Source: a virus (lineage: Duplodnaviria; Caudoviricetes). From it: 64,000 bases of DNA. Of the stretch, positions 46,839-55,804 are shown one piece after another; the stretch's first letter is position 1; each line of letters begins with the position of its first letter. Location of the stretch: positions 52,065 to 116,064 of IMG/VR virus record IMGVR_UViG_3300032330_001742; one strand, given 5' to 3'. The translations under genes were made by a program, and so were the position numbers. Below the pieces are notes generated by a model that saw only the letters and a list, made by a program, of their open reading frames with translations, was not told the origin of the DNA and did no database searches.

Positions 46839-48227
46839 ATGGCAGTAAATAAGAAAATTGGTGGTCACGCACAAGGTGCTAATGACTTTTTGGCACCTTA
46901 TGCACCAACTATTGGAACAGCAACCAACGTTCCATCTGGAAGAGCATTTAATAATGGACGGGCTGATGTAACATTTACACCTGACGCTATAAATGCAGCA
47001 ACATCCTTTACTGTTACATCTTCTCCTGGAGGTTATACAGGAACTGGATCAGCATCTCCTATTACTGTTACTGGTCTTCAATCTAATACATCTTATACAT
47101 TTACTGTAACTGGAGCAAATGCTGCAGGAACATCTGCTGCATCTGCTGCATCTAATAGCATAACTGCTACTACAGTTCCAGATACAGTTGCTACTCCTTC
47201 AGTATCTACAGCAGCATCTGGAGATGCGACGGTCCCTCAGGGAACTGCTAATACTGCAACAGATACAGTTTCATGGTCAGCACCAGCAAATGGTGGATCA
47301 GCAATCACAAACTACCACTGGACTTCGTCTGATGGAAAGTCTGGAGATACAGGTTCTACATCTATCACTGTTGCTCAAGAATCAGGAACAGGACAAACAT
47401 ATTCTGTTTATGCAACCAATACTAATGGAAATGGTGGAACTGGTACATCTGGTTCAATTACATCAGCATTCTCATTTACACCATTCTCAGTATTTGGATT
47501 CTCTCCGTTCTCAGTATTTGGATTCTCACCGTTTGGTGTATTCGGATTCTCACCATTTGGCTTCTCACCATTTGGAGTGTTTGGCTTCTCACCATTTGGA
47601 GTGTTTGGCTTCTCACCATTTGGATTCTCTCCATACGGATTCTCAACAACAGTATACGGAATTCGTTGTATTGATGGAGAAACATTTATTAGAGTTAAGT
47701 CAGGACAAGGAACAGAATCAGTTGATTCCGAAACTGGCAAGGTAACACTTAAAAACTCCGCAGGAGAAGTTGTTGCTAAAAAGGCTAAGGATATTGTTGT
47801 AGGAGATACAGTTCTGTCAGCAAGCATTACAGAAATTGATCCAGCATCACCAGACTACGAAGTATTTACATGGAAGTCAGATTCTTTAACATTTGTTGAA
47901 GATACTGAGACAACAATTGTAGATATTGAAGAACAGTCAAAGATTCAGGCTATTTATTTTAATGGAGATGAGTCCTCACAGTTTACTCTTGAGCACCCTA
48001 TCTTGGTTAAGAAAACAGTTGATGGCGTTTCAGAATATGCATTCTCAATGGTTGCAGAAATTGAAATTGGAAACTCAATTCTAAAGTATAATCCATCTAC
48101 TGACTCATACGATGAAACTGTTATTAACAGCATTGATATTAGTTCTGGAGAAAAGACAGTTTATACATTCAGCGCAGAGCCACACGATCTTATCATCGCT
48201 GGCGATATTATTACTCACAATAAGTAA
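46839..48227 (+). CDS. FN3 domains + FGFSP repeats + C-terminal Hint domain protein
   Basis: VTGL...TSYTFTV...N..G.S and WSAP.NGGS.IT.Y; F(G/S)FSP units; Hint from C277 (CIDGET) ending HN. Confidence 0.85.
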   Translation: MAVNKKIGGHAQGANDFLAPYAPTIGTATNVPSGRAFNNGRADVTFTPDAINAATSFTVTSSPGGYTGTGSASPITVTGLQSNTSYTFTVTGANAAGTSAASAASNSITATTVPDTVATPSVSTAASGDATVPQGTANTATDTVSWSAPANGGSAITNYHWTSSDGKSGDTGSTSITVAQESGTGQTYSVYATNTNGNGGTGTSGSITSAFSFTPFSVFGFSPFSVFGFSPFGVFGFSPFGFSPFGVFGFSPFGVFGFSPFGFSPYGFSTTVYGIRCIDGETFIRVKSGQGTESVDSETGKVTLKNSAGEVVAKKAKDIVVGDTVLSASITEIDPASPDYEVFTWKSDSLTFVEDTETTIVDIEEQSKIQAIYFNGDESSQFTLEHPILVKKTVDGVSEYAFSMVAEIEIGNSILKYNPSTDSYDETVINSIDISSGEKTVYTFSAEPHDLIIAGDIITHNK

Positions 48228-48232
48228 TAAAA

Positions 48233-48904
48233 ATGCGTGGAGATAAACATCCAAAAGCATCTGAATTTTGGCTAAGTACATATGCCATGTCGTTTGCTGA
48301 AATTGTAAACAAAAGCAACTGTAATAGAAACTTTGTTGAATATCAGTATGTGATTGGAAATCCAGATCTTTCTAATTCAATTATAAAACCAGTAAATGAC
48401 TATGCCTATAATCTTTATAAGGCTCCAGAACTAATTAAATATGAAGATGGTTATGTGTTTTTAAGACAAAAAACACATGCTGAAATATGGGTTAAAAGAG
48501 ATTATAAACAAGGTTTTTATTTTTTAGATCGCCCACACATTAGGCAGTTTTATACATCTGACACCATATTTAAAGCAGAAAATACATTCATGATGCCATA
48601 TAGATTTTATGTTCCTTGGTTTATTGATAATGGATCAGAGTTTGAAGTATTACAGGTAAATGATGAGTATTCTCCATTTGTTATAAAAGAAAACTTATAT
48701 GATCCAATTAATACCAACTCAACAATAATTGAGCCTGCTTTTGTTCATTTTTTATTTAAAAAAACTGGGGAGCACATGCTAAATCCAAGTCATGGTAAAA
48801 TTAGTATAGGAACTCCTATGTTTGATATAAAGATAAAGATGGATAAAAGAGAGTTTGTCCAACTAAATGATTTTTATAAAAAGTATAAGTTTTCTAAATT
48901 TTAA
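48233..48904 (+). CDS. Hypothetical protein
   Basis: 223-aa ORF; I..GTPMF motif shared with next two genes. Confidence 0.6.
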   Translation: MRGDKHPKASEFWLSTYAMSFAEIVNKSNCNRNFVEYQYVIGNPDLSNSIIKPVNDYAYNLYKAPELIKYEDGYVFLRQKTHAEIWVKRDYKQGFYFLDRPHIRQFYTSDTIFKAENTFMMPYRFYVPWFIDNGSEFEVLQVNDEYSPFVIKENLYDPINTNSTIIEPAFVHFLFKKTGEHMLNPSHGKISIGTPMFDIKIKMDKREFVQLNDFYKKYKFSKF

Positions 48905-48914
48905 AGGAGAAAAA

Positions 48915-49634
48915 GTGCCAATAATTGAATTTCATCCATGGAGTGATGATACAGAAGGTCTTATAGATAAGCCAACACCAACACATAGAAACGTACCAGA
49001 ATGGTACCGTAAACAACCTGCATATGTCAATAAAGATGAATTTTTGAAGAAGGGTGTTTCTGGATCTACAATTAAGAAGTGCATGCCAGTGTTTGATGCA
49101 ATGACTGCTGGATATACTTTATATTGCCCTGTTGATATATATGTTGACGCAACAAATCCTGCAAAACTTGAATATAATATTCCAGTAGCAGTTGCAGGCC
49201 TAAAGAAAGAACTATTTACTACACATTCTCCAGAACAAATTACTCACTATCCTATGTCACCAAATACACACAAAGATGTATTGAGAATTAATCCTATGTG
49301 GTCAATAAAAACTTCAGATGGCTACAGCACATTATTTACAAAGCCAATGCATCAAGAGCACTATCCTTTTGAAATTGTTCCTGGAGTAATAGATACAGAC
49401 TCTTACATGAGTGAAGGATTTTTATCTTTTAAAATTGATAATACTTTTAAGGGTATTATTGAAAAAGGAACTCCAATTGCACAGTTGATTCCATTTAAAA
49501 GAGAGTCTTGGGAAAGCAAGCATATCGATTACTCAGACTCTAAAACCTTTCAAAGAAAACAAAGAATGCTTATTCGTAGTAAATTCTTTAATTATTATAA
49601 AAAGAACTTTTGGCATAAAAAGGTATGGAATTGA
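48915..49634 (+). CDS. Beta-barrel protein (DUF6065-like)
   Basis: P.WYR...TIKKCMP..DAMTAGY...PG.IDTD...KGTP..Q.IPFKRE.W; GTG after AAGGAG. Confidence 0.65.
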   Translation: MPIIEFHPWSDDTEGLIDKPTPTHRNVPEWYRKQPAYVNKDEFLKKGVSGSTIKKCMPVFDAMTAGYTLYCPVDIYVDATNPAKLEYNIPVAVAGLKKELFTTHSPEQITHYPMSPNTHKDVLRINPMWSIKTSDGYSTLFTKPMHQEHYPFEIVPGVIDTDSYMSEGFLSFKIDNTFKGIIEKGTPIAQLIPFKRESWESKHIDYSDSKTFQRKQRMLIRSKFFNYYKKNFWHKKVWN

Positions 49635-50362
49635 TAAATAAAATAAAGTTTCATCCTACATCTTTAGAGATGTATGATAATTTTGATATATTGCATCCAG
49701 AGCCAGCAATTAAAAATATTCCAGAATGGTATAAAGATCTTGCACAGCACTATGATACCAATGACGTTGAGTTTTTAAACCCTGTAAATGATCGTGGAAC
49801 AGATGGTGCAAATGTTTCAACAAAAATGTGTTATCCTTTTAGAGATGCAATGACAGCGGGTTATGTATATAAACTTACTCAGGATATTCATGTATCTTTA
49901 GATCCAGATGGTAAGCCTCACCTTTCTTGGGAACTAGATAATTTAATGATGCTAGATAAAAGATATATTTTAGATATGGTTCCACCAGAAGGCTGTCATC
50001 CAGTTCATTTTGGCTTAAGAATGCATTGGTACTATGAGACGCCACCAGGCTACTCAGTGTTGATTACACACCCAATGAATCGCTATGACTTGCCATTTGT
50101 TATACCTTCTGGTATTATTGAATCAGATTTAATGGGAATTCCAGTATTTTTGTCATTATTTTTAAAGAAAAATTTTATTGGAACCATACCAAAAGGCACT
50201 CCAATGTTTCAAATTTTTCCTTTTAAGAGAGAAGACTGGGAAATGGAAGTTAGCCTAGATGCAAAAGAAATATTAAAAAAAGAGTATGAGTTAGAAAATA
50301 GAAGAACTAGGCTTTTTGCATATTATAAAAAATTTGCATGGAGAAAGAAAAATTACCTATAG
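49625..50362 (+). CDS. Paralogue of 48915-49634
   Basis: PEWYK...KMC.PF.DAMTAGY...TPPGYS...KGTP..Q.FPFKRE.W. Confidence 0.65.
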   Translation: MELINKIKFHPTSLEMYDNFDILHPEPAIKNIPEWYKDLAQHYDTNDVEFLNPVNDRGTDGANVSTKMCYPFRDAMTAGYVYKLTQDIHVSLDPDGKPHLSWELDNLMMLDKRYILDMVPPEGCHPVHFGLRMHWYYETPPGYSVLITHPMNRYDLPFVIPSGIIESDLMGIPVFLSLFLKKNFIGTIPKGTPMFQIFPFKREDWEMEVSLDAKEILKKEYELENRRTRLFAYYKKFAWRKKNYL

Positions 50363-50391
50363 TGTATAATAGAAAGAAAAAGGGAGCAGTT

Positions 50392-51015
50392 ATGAAAGAC
50401 CATAAATTCTTTGAAAGAATGCTAGACACAGATACAGATCGTCTTGCATTTTATTTAAGCAGACAATATGAAAATATTCAAAATTTAACTTTGCCAGGTA
50501 TTAAAGAAGTGGGCAAACAAGAAATTTGGACAGAGTCTGGAAGTTTATCTACAGTAAAATGGAGAGAGTATAACGTCTTTCAGTTTTTAAATCCAGATAT
50601 TCATAAGTTGTATAAAACTCTTGCAGAAGTAATGCGTGAAGCGTGTGACTACTATGAGATTAACTTTGACGAACAAGAATATATGGTTCAAGGCTGGTTT
50701 AATATTAATCACAAGAAGGCTGGCAAATTAGACTGGCATGACCATGGTGGTCCATATGCCCCACATTTTCATGGATACTATTGTGTTAAGGCTGAGCCAT
50801 CTACAACTCATTACAGACTATTTGGTGATCCAAACAGAGAAGTTGAAAACAAAAACATTGATAATAGAATGATTGTGTCTGAAATGGGTCATCCACATGC
50901 ACAAGCAGACTGGGATTGGGAAGGTCCAAGAATTACAATCGCATATGATATTGTTCCTCTTAAATCTCTTGCACAAGCACGTCAATCAGAACAGCATTGG
51001 ATTCCATTATGCTAA
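50392..51015 (+). CDS. 2OG-Fe(II) oxygenase-like protein
   Basis: GWFN..., WHDH, FHGYYCV.AEPS, GHPH, RITIAYD. Confidence 0.7.
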   Translation: MKDHKFFERMLDTDTDRLAFYLSRQYENIQNLTLPGIKEVGKQEIWTESGSLSTVKWREYNVFQFLNPDIHKLYKTLAEVMREACDYYEINFDEQEYMVQGWFNINHKKAGKLDWHDHGGPYAPHFHGYYCVKAEPSTTHYRLFGDPNREVENKNIDNRMIVSEMGHPHAQADWDWEGPRITIAYDIVPLKSLAQARQSEQHWIPLC

Positions 51016-51638
51016 AAGAACATAAATTTTTTGATAGGTTCTTGCAAAATGATCTAGTTTCTTTATCAAAATTTTTGCAAGAAAAAATGCATGGTTTTGA
51101 AAATGGAACAATTCCAAACGTAACTAAAGAAGATTTTGATTCTTTAGATAATAGATCTCCAGCAACTAATTTGGGTCCAAAATACAATATATTTCAGTTC
51201 CATGATGAATCTATTTTTAATATTTACCGTGCAGTTTCAGAAATGACAAAAGAAGCCTGTGAGTATTATGGCGTTAACTTTAATGATCAGTACTATATGA
51301 TTCAAGGTTGGTTTAATTTTGACAAATATGAAAAGCCAGATCCTCTGCCAGATGATTTCTTGCATGACCACCTTGGAGGAGAGGGTGCTCCAGATTTTCA
51401 CGGTTACTATTGTGTAAATGCAGAACCATCCAATACATATTATAAGATAGGTGGCATTGACGGGGTAAGGTTTACAAATGTAAATAGAAACAACCGTGCA
51501 GTGTTATCAGAAACAGGACATCCACACGGAATTCAAAGTTGGACACAAGATCATTTTAGAATTACTATTGCGTACGATGTAACTCCACTTAGTAAAATTA
51601 GAACAGCACAGGAGCAACATTGGATACCACTAATATAA
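51009..51638 (+). CDS. 2OG-Fe(II) oxygenase-like protein (paralogue)
   Basis: HDH, FHGYYCVNAEPS, GHPH, RITIAYD. Confidence 0.7.
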   Translation: MLKEHKFFDRFLQNDLVSLSKFLQEKMHGFENGTIPNVTKEDFDSLDNRSPATNLGPKYNIFQFHDESIFNIYRAVSEMTKEACEYYGVNFNDQYYMIQGWFNFDKYEKPDPLPDDFLHDHLGGEGAPDFHGYYCVNAEPSNTYYKIGGIDGVRFTNVNRNNRAVLSETGHPHGIQSWTQDHFRITIAYDVTPLSKIRTAQEQHWIPLI

Positions 51639-52489
51639 AAAATATTCTTGTAAATATTTATTCTTATAAAGAAAAAGATCTAATTTCTTTTATTGACTCT
51701 TTGATTGAAAAAAGTTCTAAAAATAATAATATTTATTTTTATATTAATGATCAAAATAACTTAACAAGATTAAGAAAATTTGTTGGGTATAAAAATGTTT
51801 TTTATAATGTAATCTGGTGGGATGAATTACAAAGTCCAAACTATCATATTGCAAAAACAATAGATGAAAACTCAGCAGGAAATTATGATTATGCATTAAT
51901 CATTAAGAGAAGTATTGGGATGCCACAAAATTGGGACCAGGACTTAATAAGTAATTTACCAGAAAACTCTGTTTTATCTGGCATGGGTACCGTAAATCCA
52001 AAAATTAAAAACAATTTTTATATAGATAAAAATATTGGAATAAGCAATACAATAACAAAAACATCTTATGCTGATTCATCTTTTATGTTTGGTAAGTATT
52101 CAGATATTCTTAAAATTGAAAAACCATTATTTATAAAATATTATGGTGAAGATGAATACATCTCAATGTCCTTGTTGAATCAAAAAATTGATATATTGTC
52201 TCTTCCTTCTGGCTATTATACGTATCAAACACCAGAACTTCACAAGCGTGGCTATGTGCCATTTTCATTGCATCATAACTATAATGAGGTAATTAGACTA
52301 CTTCTTGGCAAATCAACTACTAAAATAAAGCCAATATCTCCAAATCAATTTATAGAGTCAAATAATTTAGTTTTGGACGGTCTAAATGAATTACCATTTG
52401 ACTTTAATGATATTGAGTATGATAGATCTTCTCCTTTAGATAATATTGGTGGTAAAAGATATATAGATACATTAAATGAGGTATCATGA
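51620..52489 (+). CDS. Divergent GlcNAc-transferase-like protein
   Basis: ILVNIYSYKEKDL, NWD..L, YYGEDE echo 37547; DSH motif absent. Confidence 0.55.
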   Translation: MDTTNIKNILVNIYSYKEKDLISFIDSLIEKSSKNNNIYFYINDQNNLTRLRKFVGYKNVFYNVIWWDELQSPNYHIAKTIDENSAGNYDYALIIKRSIGMPQNWDQDLISNLPENSVLSGMGTVNPKIKNNFYIDKNIGISNTITKTSYADSSFMFGKYSDILKIEKPLFIKYYGEDEYISMSLLNQKIDILSLPSGYYTYQTPELHKRGYVPFSLHHNYNEVIRLLLGKSTTKIKPISPNQFIESNNLVLDGLNELPFDFNDIEYDRSSPLDNIGGKRYIDTLNEVS

Positions 52490-53139
52490 GTCATAAAATA
52501 TTTGATCGTCATCTATCAATCAATCTAGTTGAATTAACTGAGTATTTAGATTTAAAGCATGATGAGATTCTTTCAAATACAATGAAAGAAGAAAACTATA
52601 TAACAGATCTAATGGTAAAAAGATATACTAGAGAGCACAACCTACCATCTAAACTTAATAAAAAATATAATGTTTTTAAATTTGATAATAGTTTAATTAA
52701 AGAGTTTTATGATGGTGTAAAAGATTGCTTTATGGAAGTTTGCGAGTTTTACAATATTGATTTTAATGATCAAAATTATATGATACGTGGTTGGTTTAAT
52801 TATGATAAAACAAGCAAGAATGGTTTTTCCGTTGATCCAAGAACAAATCCTAGATATTTCCATGATCACTTAGGTGGACATGGTGTTCCAGATTTTCATG
52901 GATACTATTGTGTTAATGCAGAACCTTCAAAAACTTTTTATAAAATGAAAGATGATTCAATATATGAAAATGAAAATAAAAACAATAGGCTTGTAATATG
53001 TTCAAATGGTTTTCCACATGGAAGAGATGACTGGTACTTTGATTCACCAAGAATTACAATTGCCTATGACATTGTTCCATTTAGCAGATTAGTTGCAGAG
53101 CAAGTAGATTCAAATAGTAATTGGTTAAAGTTTTCTTAA
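52486..53139 (+). CDS. 2OG-Fe(II) oxygenase-like protein (paralogue)
   Basis: HDH, FHGYYCVNAEPS, FPH, RITIAYD. Confidence 0.7.
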   Translation: MSHKIFDRHLSINLVELTEYLDLKHDEILSNTMKEENYITDLMVKRYTREHNLPSKLNKKYNVFKFDNSLIKEFYDGVKDCFMEVCEFYNIDFNDQNYMIRGWFNYDKTSKNGFSVDPRTNPRYFHDHLGGHGVPDFHGYYCVNAEPSKTFYKMKDDSIYENENKNNRLVICSNGFPHGRDDWYFDSPRITIAYDIVPFSRLVAEQVDSNSNWLKFS

Positions 53140-53227
53140 CAGTAAAGTAATGCTTTAGGTAAGAGTTTTGCTTTTTACAAAACTCTGCTATAATTAGGTC
53201 TATTCCGTTTTTGAAAGGACGATACAC

Positions 53228-55258
53228 ATGTCAGATTTTTTTAGTTTTAAACTTCCAGAAGATTTTGTAGAGAAGTACTCTTTTGCCCCTAATCCATTTG
53301 GATTTAAAGATGCAGCAGAAAACTCTCTTGGAGAAATTACTTTTATTCGCACATATTCTCGTGTGAAGGAGGATGGAACTAAGGAACGCTGGCATGAAGT
53401 TTGTCGTCGTGTAATTGAGGGTATGTACTCAGTACAGAAAAATCATGCTAAAGAAAATCGTCTTCCATGGAATGACTACAAGGCTCAAAAGTCAGCACAA
53501 GAAGCATTCCAAAGAATGTTTGAACTTAAGTGGACACCACCAGGCAGAGGAATGTGGACATTTGGAACAGCCATGACAATGGAAAAGAAAAACTCTGCAG
53601 CACTTCAAAATTGTGCAATGGTTTCTACCAAGGACCTTGATAAAAATGATCCAGGAGCACTGTTTGCGTGGGTTATGGATGCACTTATGCTTGGTATTGG
53701 TGTAGGCTTTGATACTGTAGGACAGGAAAAGAATTTTCAGATCTATGCCCCTACAGAACCAGCAGCGATCTTCGATATACCAGACACTCGTGAAGGTTGG
53801 GTAGAGTCAGTACGTATTTTGCTAAATTCTTACCTTCGTGCGAATCAGCCAATTCAAAAGTTTAACTATGACCTTATCCGTCCTCTAGGAGCACCAATTA
53901 AGGGCTTTGGTGGGGTCGCTAGCGGTCCAGCGCCACTGATTCAACTACATACACAGATAGACAAAGTAATCGGCGGTAGGGCAGGAGAAACCCTAGACAG
54001 CCGTGCCATTACAGATATTATTAACCTTATTGGAACCTGTGTAGTTTCAGGAAACGTTCGTCGCTCTGCAACACTTGCTTTAGGTGCAGGAGGAGATGAA
54101 GATTTTATTAATCTTAAGAATGCAGAAGTGTTCCCAGATAGAAACTCATTTGATCCAAAAAACCCAGGATGGGCATGGATGTCAAACAACTCAATTTCTG
54201 CAACAGTCGGAATGGACTATGAAAAGTACACCGATCTGATTGTTAATAACGGAGAGCCAGGTTTTATCTGGCTTGATGTTGCTCGTAACTATGGTCGTCT
54301 AGCAGATCCTGCAGATGGAAAAGACTATCGTGTTATGGGCTTCAATCCTTGTGCGGAGCAGCCATTGGAGTCGTACGAACTTTGTACTCTTGTAGAAGTT
54401 CACTTAAACCGACATGAATCCAAGGAGGACTTCCTCAAGACATTGAAGTTTGCTTACCTTTATGGTAAGACTGTTACATTGCTTCCAACACATTGGCAAC
54501 AGACAAACGGTATCATGCAACGCAACCGTCGAATTGGTACATCACTTACAGGTATTGCTTCATTTGCTGATCAAAAAGGCCTTCCTATTGTTCGTGAATG
54601 GATGGACGAAGGATACAACACAATCCGTAAGTATGACCGTCAATACTCAGAATGGCTTTGTGTTCGTGAATCAATTCGTGTAACAACTGTTAAGCCATCA
54701 GGGTCTGTATCAATTCTTTCTGGTGCAACCCCTGGAGTTCACTGGGGTCCTGGAGGAAATTTCTTCCTTCGTGCAATTCGTTTTGGAGATACAGATCCAA
54801 TGCTTCATTTGTTTAAAGCAGCAGGTTACAAGATTGAAAAGGATATTGTATCAGCAAATACCCAGGTAGTATACTTCCCTGTAAAATCTGGACATCCTCG
54901 CTCTGAAAAAGATGTAACACTATTTGAGAAGATTGCCCTTGCAGCAACTGCTCAAAAGTACTGGTCTGATAATGGTGTTTCTGTAACACTTTCATTTGAC
55001 AAGGAAACAGAGTCAAAGCATGTTGCCCCAGCACTTCATATGTACGAGGGACAGTTGAAGGCAGTTTCATTCCTTCCAATGGGAAATACTGTTTATCCTC
55101 AGCAACCTTATACACAGATTACTGAAGAAGAGTATGAATCATATGTTGGAGTTCTGAAGCATATTGATTTTAGTGCTATTTACGATGGCAATGAAAATCT
55201 AGAAGCAATGGGTGAGGCATATTGCACAACAGACTACTGTGAAATAAAGGTAAACTAA
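53228..55258 (+). CDS. nrdJ: Class II (B12-dependent) ribonucleotide reductase
   Basis: RTYSR, PPGRG, LQNC, GNVRRSA, NPCAEQ.L..YELC, TVKPSG, C-terminal C..DYC. Confidence 0.93.
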   Translation: MSDFFSFKLPEDFVEKYSFAPNPFGFKDAAENSLGEITFIRTYSRVKEDGTKERWHEVCRRVIEGMYSVQKNHAKENRLPWNDYKAQKSAQEAFQRMFELKWTPPGRGMWTFGTAMTMEKKNSAALQNCAMVSTKDLDKNDPGALFAWVMDALMLGIGVGFDTVGQEKNFQIYAPTEPAAIFDIPDTREGWVESVRILLNSYLRANQPIQKFNYDLIRPLGAPIKGFGGVASGPAPLIQLHTQIDKVIGGRAGETLDSRAITDIINLIGTCVVSGNVRRSATLALGAGGDEDFINLKNAEVFPDRNSFDPKNPGWAWMSNNSISATVGMDYEKYTDLIVNNGEPGFIWLDVARNYGRLADPADGKDYRVMGFNPCAEQPLESYELCTLVEVHLNRHESKEDFLKTLKFAYLYGKTVTLLPTHWQQTNGIMQRNRRIGTSLTGIASFADQKGLPIVREWMDEGYNTIRKYDRQYSEWLCVRESIRVTTVKPSGSVSILSGATPGVHWGPGGNFFLRAIRFGDTDPMLHLFKAAGYKIEKDIVSANTQVVYFPVKSGHPRSEKDVTLFEKIALAATAQKYWSDNGVSVTLSFDKETESKHVAPALHMYEGQLKAVSFLPMGNTVYPQQPYTQITEEEYESYVGVLKHIDFSAIYDGNENLEAMGEAYCTTDYCEIKVN

Positions 55259-55789
55259 ATGGAGGATTACGTGTCACAAATACATCATATTGAAAATTTT
55301 ATGGATCCAGCAGATGCTGAGATAATCCATCAACATTCTGTTAGGTTTGATAATAGTTTTAATATGCATGGGAATAATGAAAAAGAGTTTAAAGTTTATA
55401 CATATCACGAAATTGAAGCCAATGAAAAGCCAGTTTTAGATATGATGCAAGAATATGCTCTTAAGGTTTATAACCATGTTTTAAAAACTTATGGAGGACC
55501 TTTTGAAGAGTTTAATCCTCACAAAACACATATTGCAAGGTTTGAAGAGGGACATGGCATGCATGACCATTTTGACTCTTCAAGACCAAACGATATTGCA
55601 ACATTAGTATATTTAAATGATAACTATGAGGGTGGAGAAATTTATTTCCCAGATTACAACATTTCTATTAAGCCAAAACCTGGAGACTTGCTTTGTTTTC
55701 CAGATCAGCCAAGATTTGTTCATGGAGTTAAGCCAATTATAAAAGGAACAAGATATACAACACCACGCTGGTTTACTCGCATAGTGTGA
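55259..55789 (+). CDS. 2OG-Fe(II) oxygenase (P4H-like)
   Basis: HFD...YLNDNYEGGE...HGV....GTRY. Confidence 0.88.
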   Translation: MEDYVSQIHHIENFMDPADAEIIHQHSVRFDNSFNMHGNNEKEFKVYTYHEIEANEKPVLDMMQEYALKVYNHVLKTYGGPFEEFNPHKTHIARFEEGHGMHDHFDSSRPNDIATLVYLNDNYEGGEIYFPDYNISIKPKPGDLLCFPDQPRFVHGVKPIIKGTRYTTPRWFTRIV

Positions 55790-55804
55790 TAAAATAGACT
55801 TATA

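Noticed and set aside
42244-47827. Gln/Leu-rich alternative-frame and antisense ORFs over tail genes
   Set aside because: By-products of GCA/ACA codon bias in the real frames
36416-48224. Mobile self-splicing inteins
   Set aside because: No homing endonuclease and the only residue after HN is Lys; treated as Hint/BIL-type domains
42027-48227. Diversity-generating retroelement targeting fibres with Mtd_N-like domains
   Set aside because: No reverse transcriptase or adenine-variant TR/VR pair seen in the window
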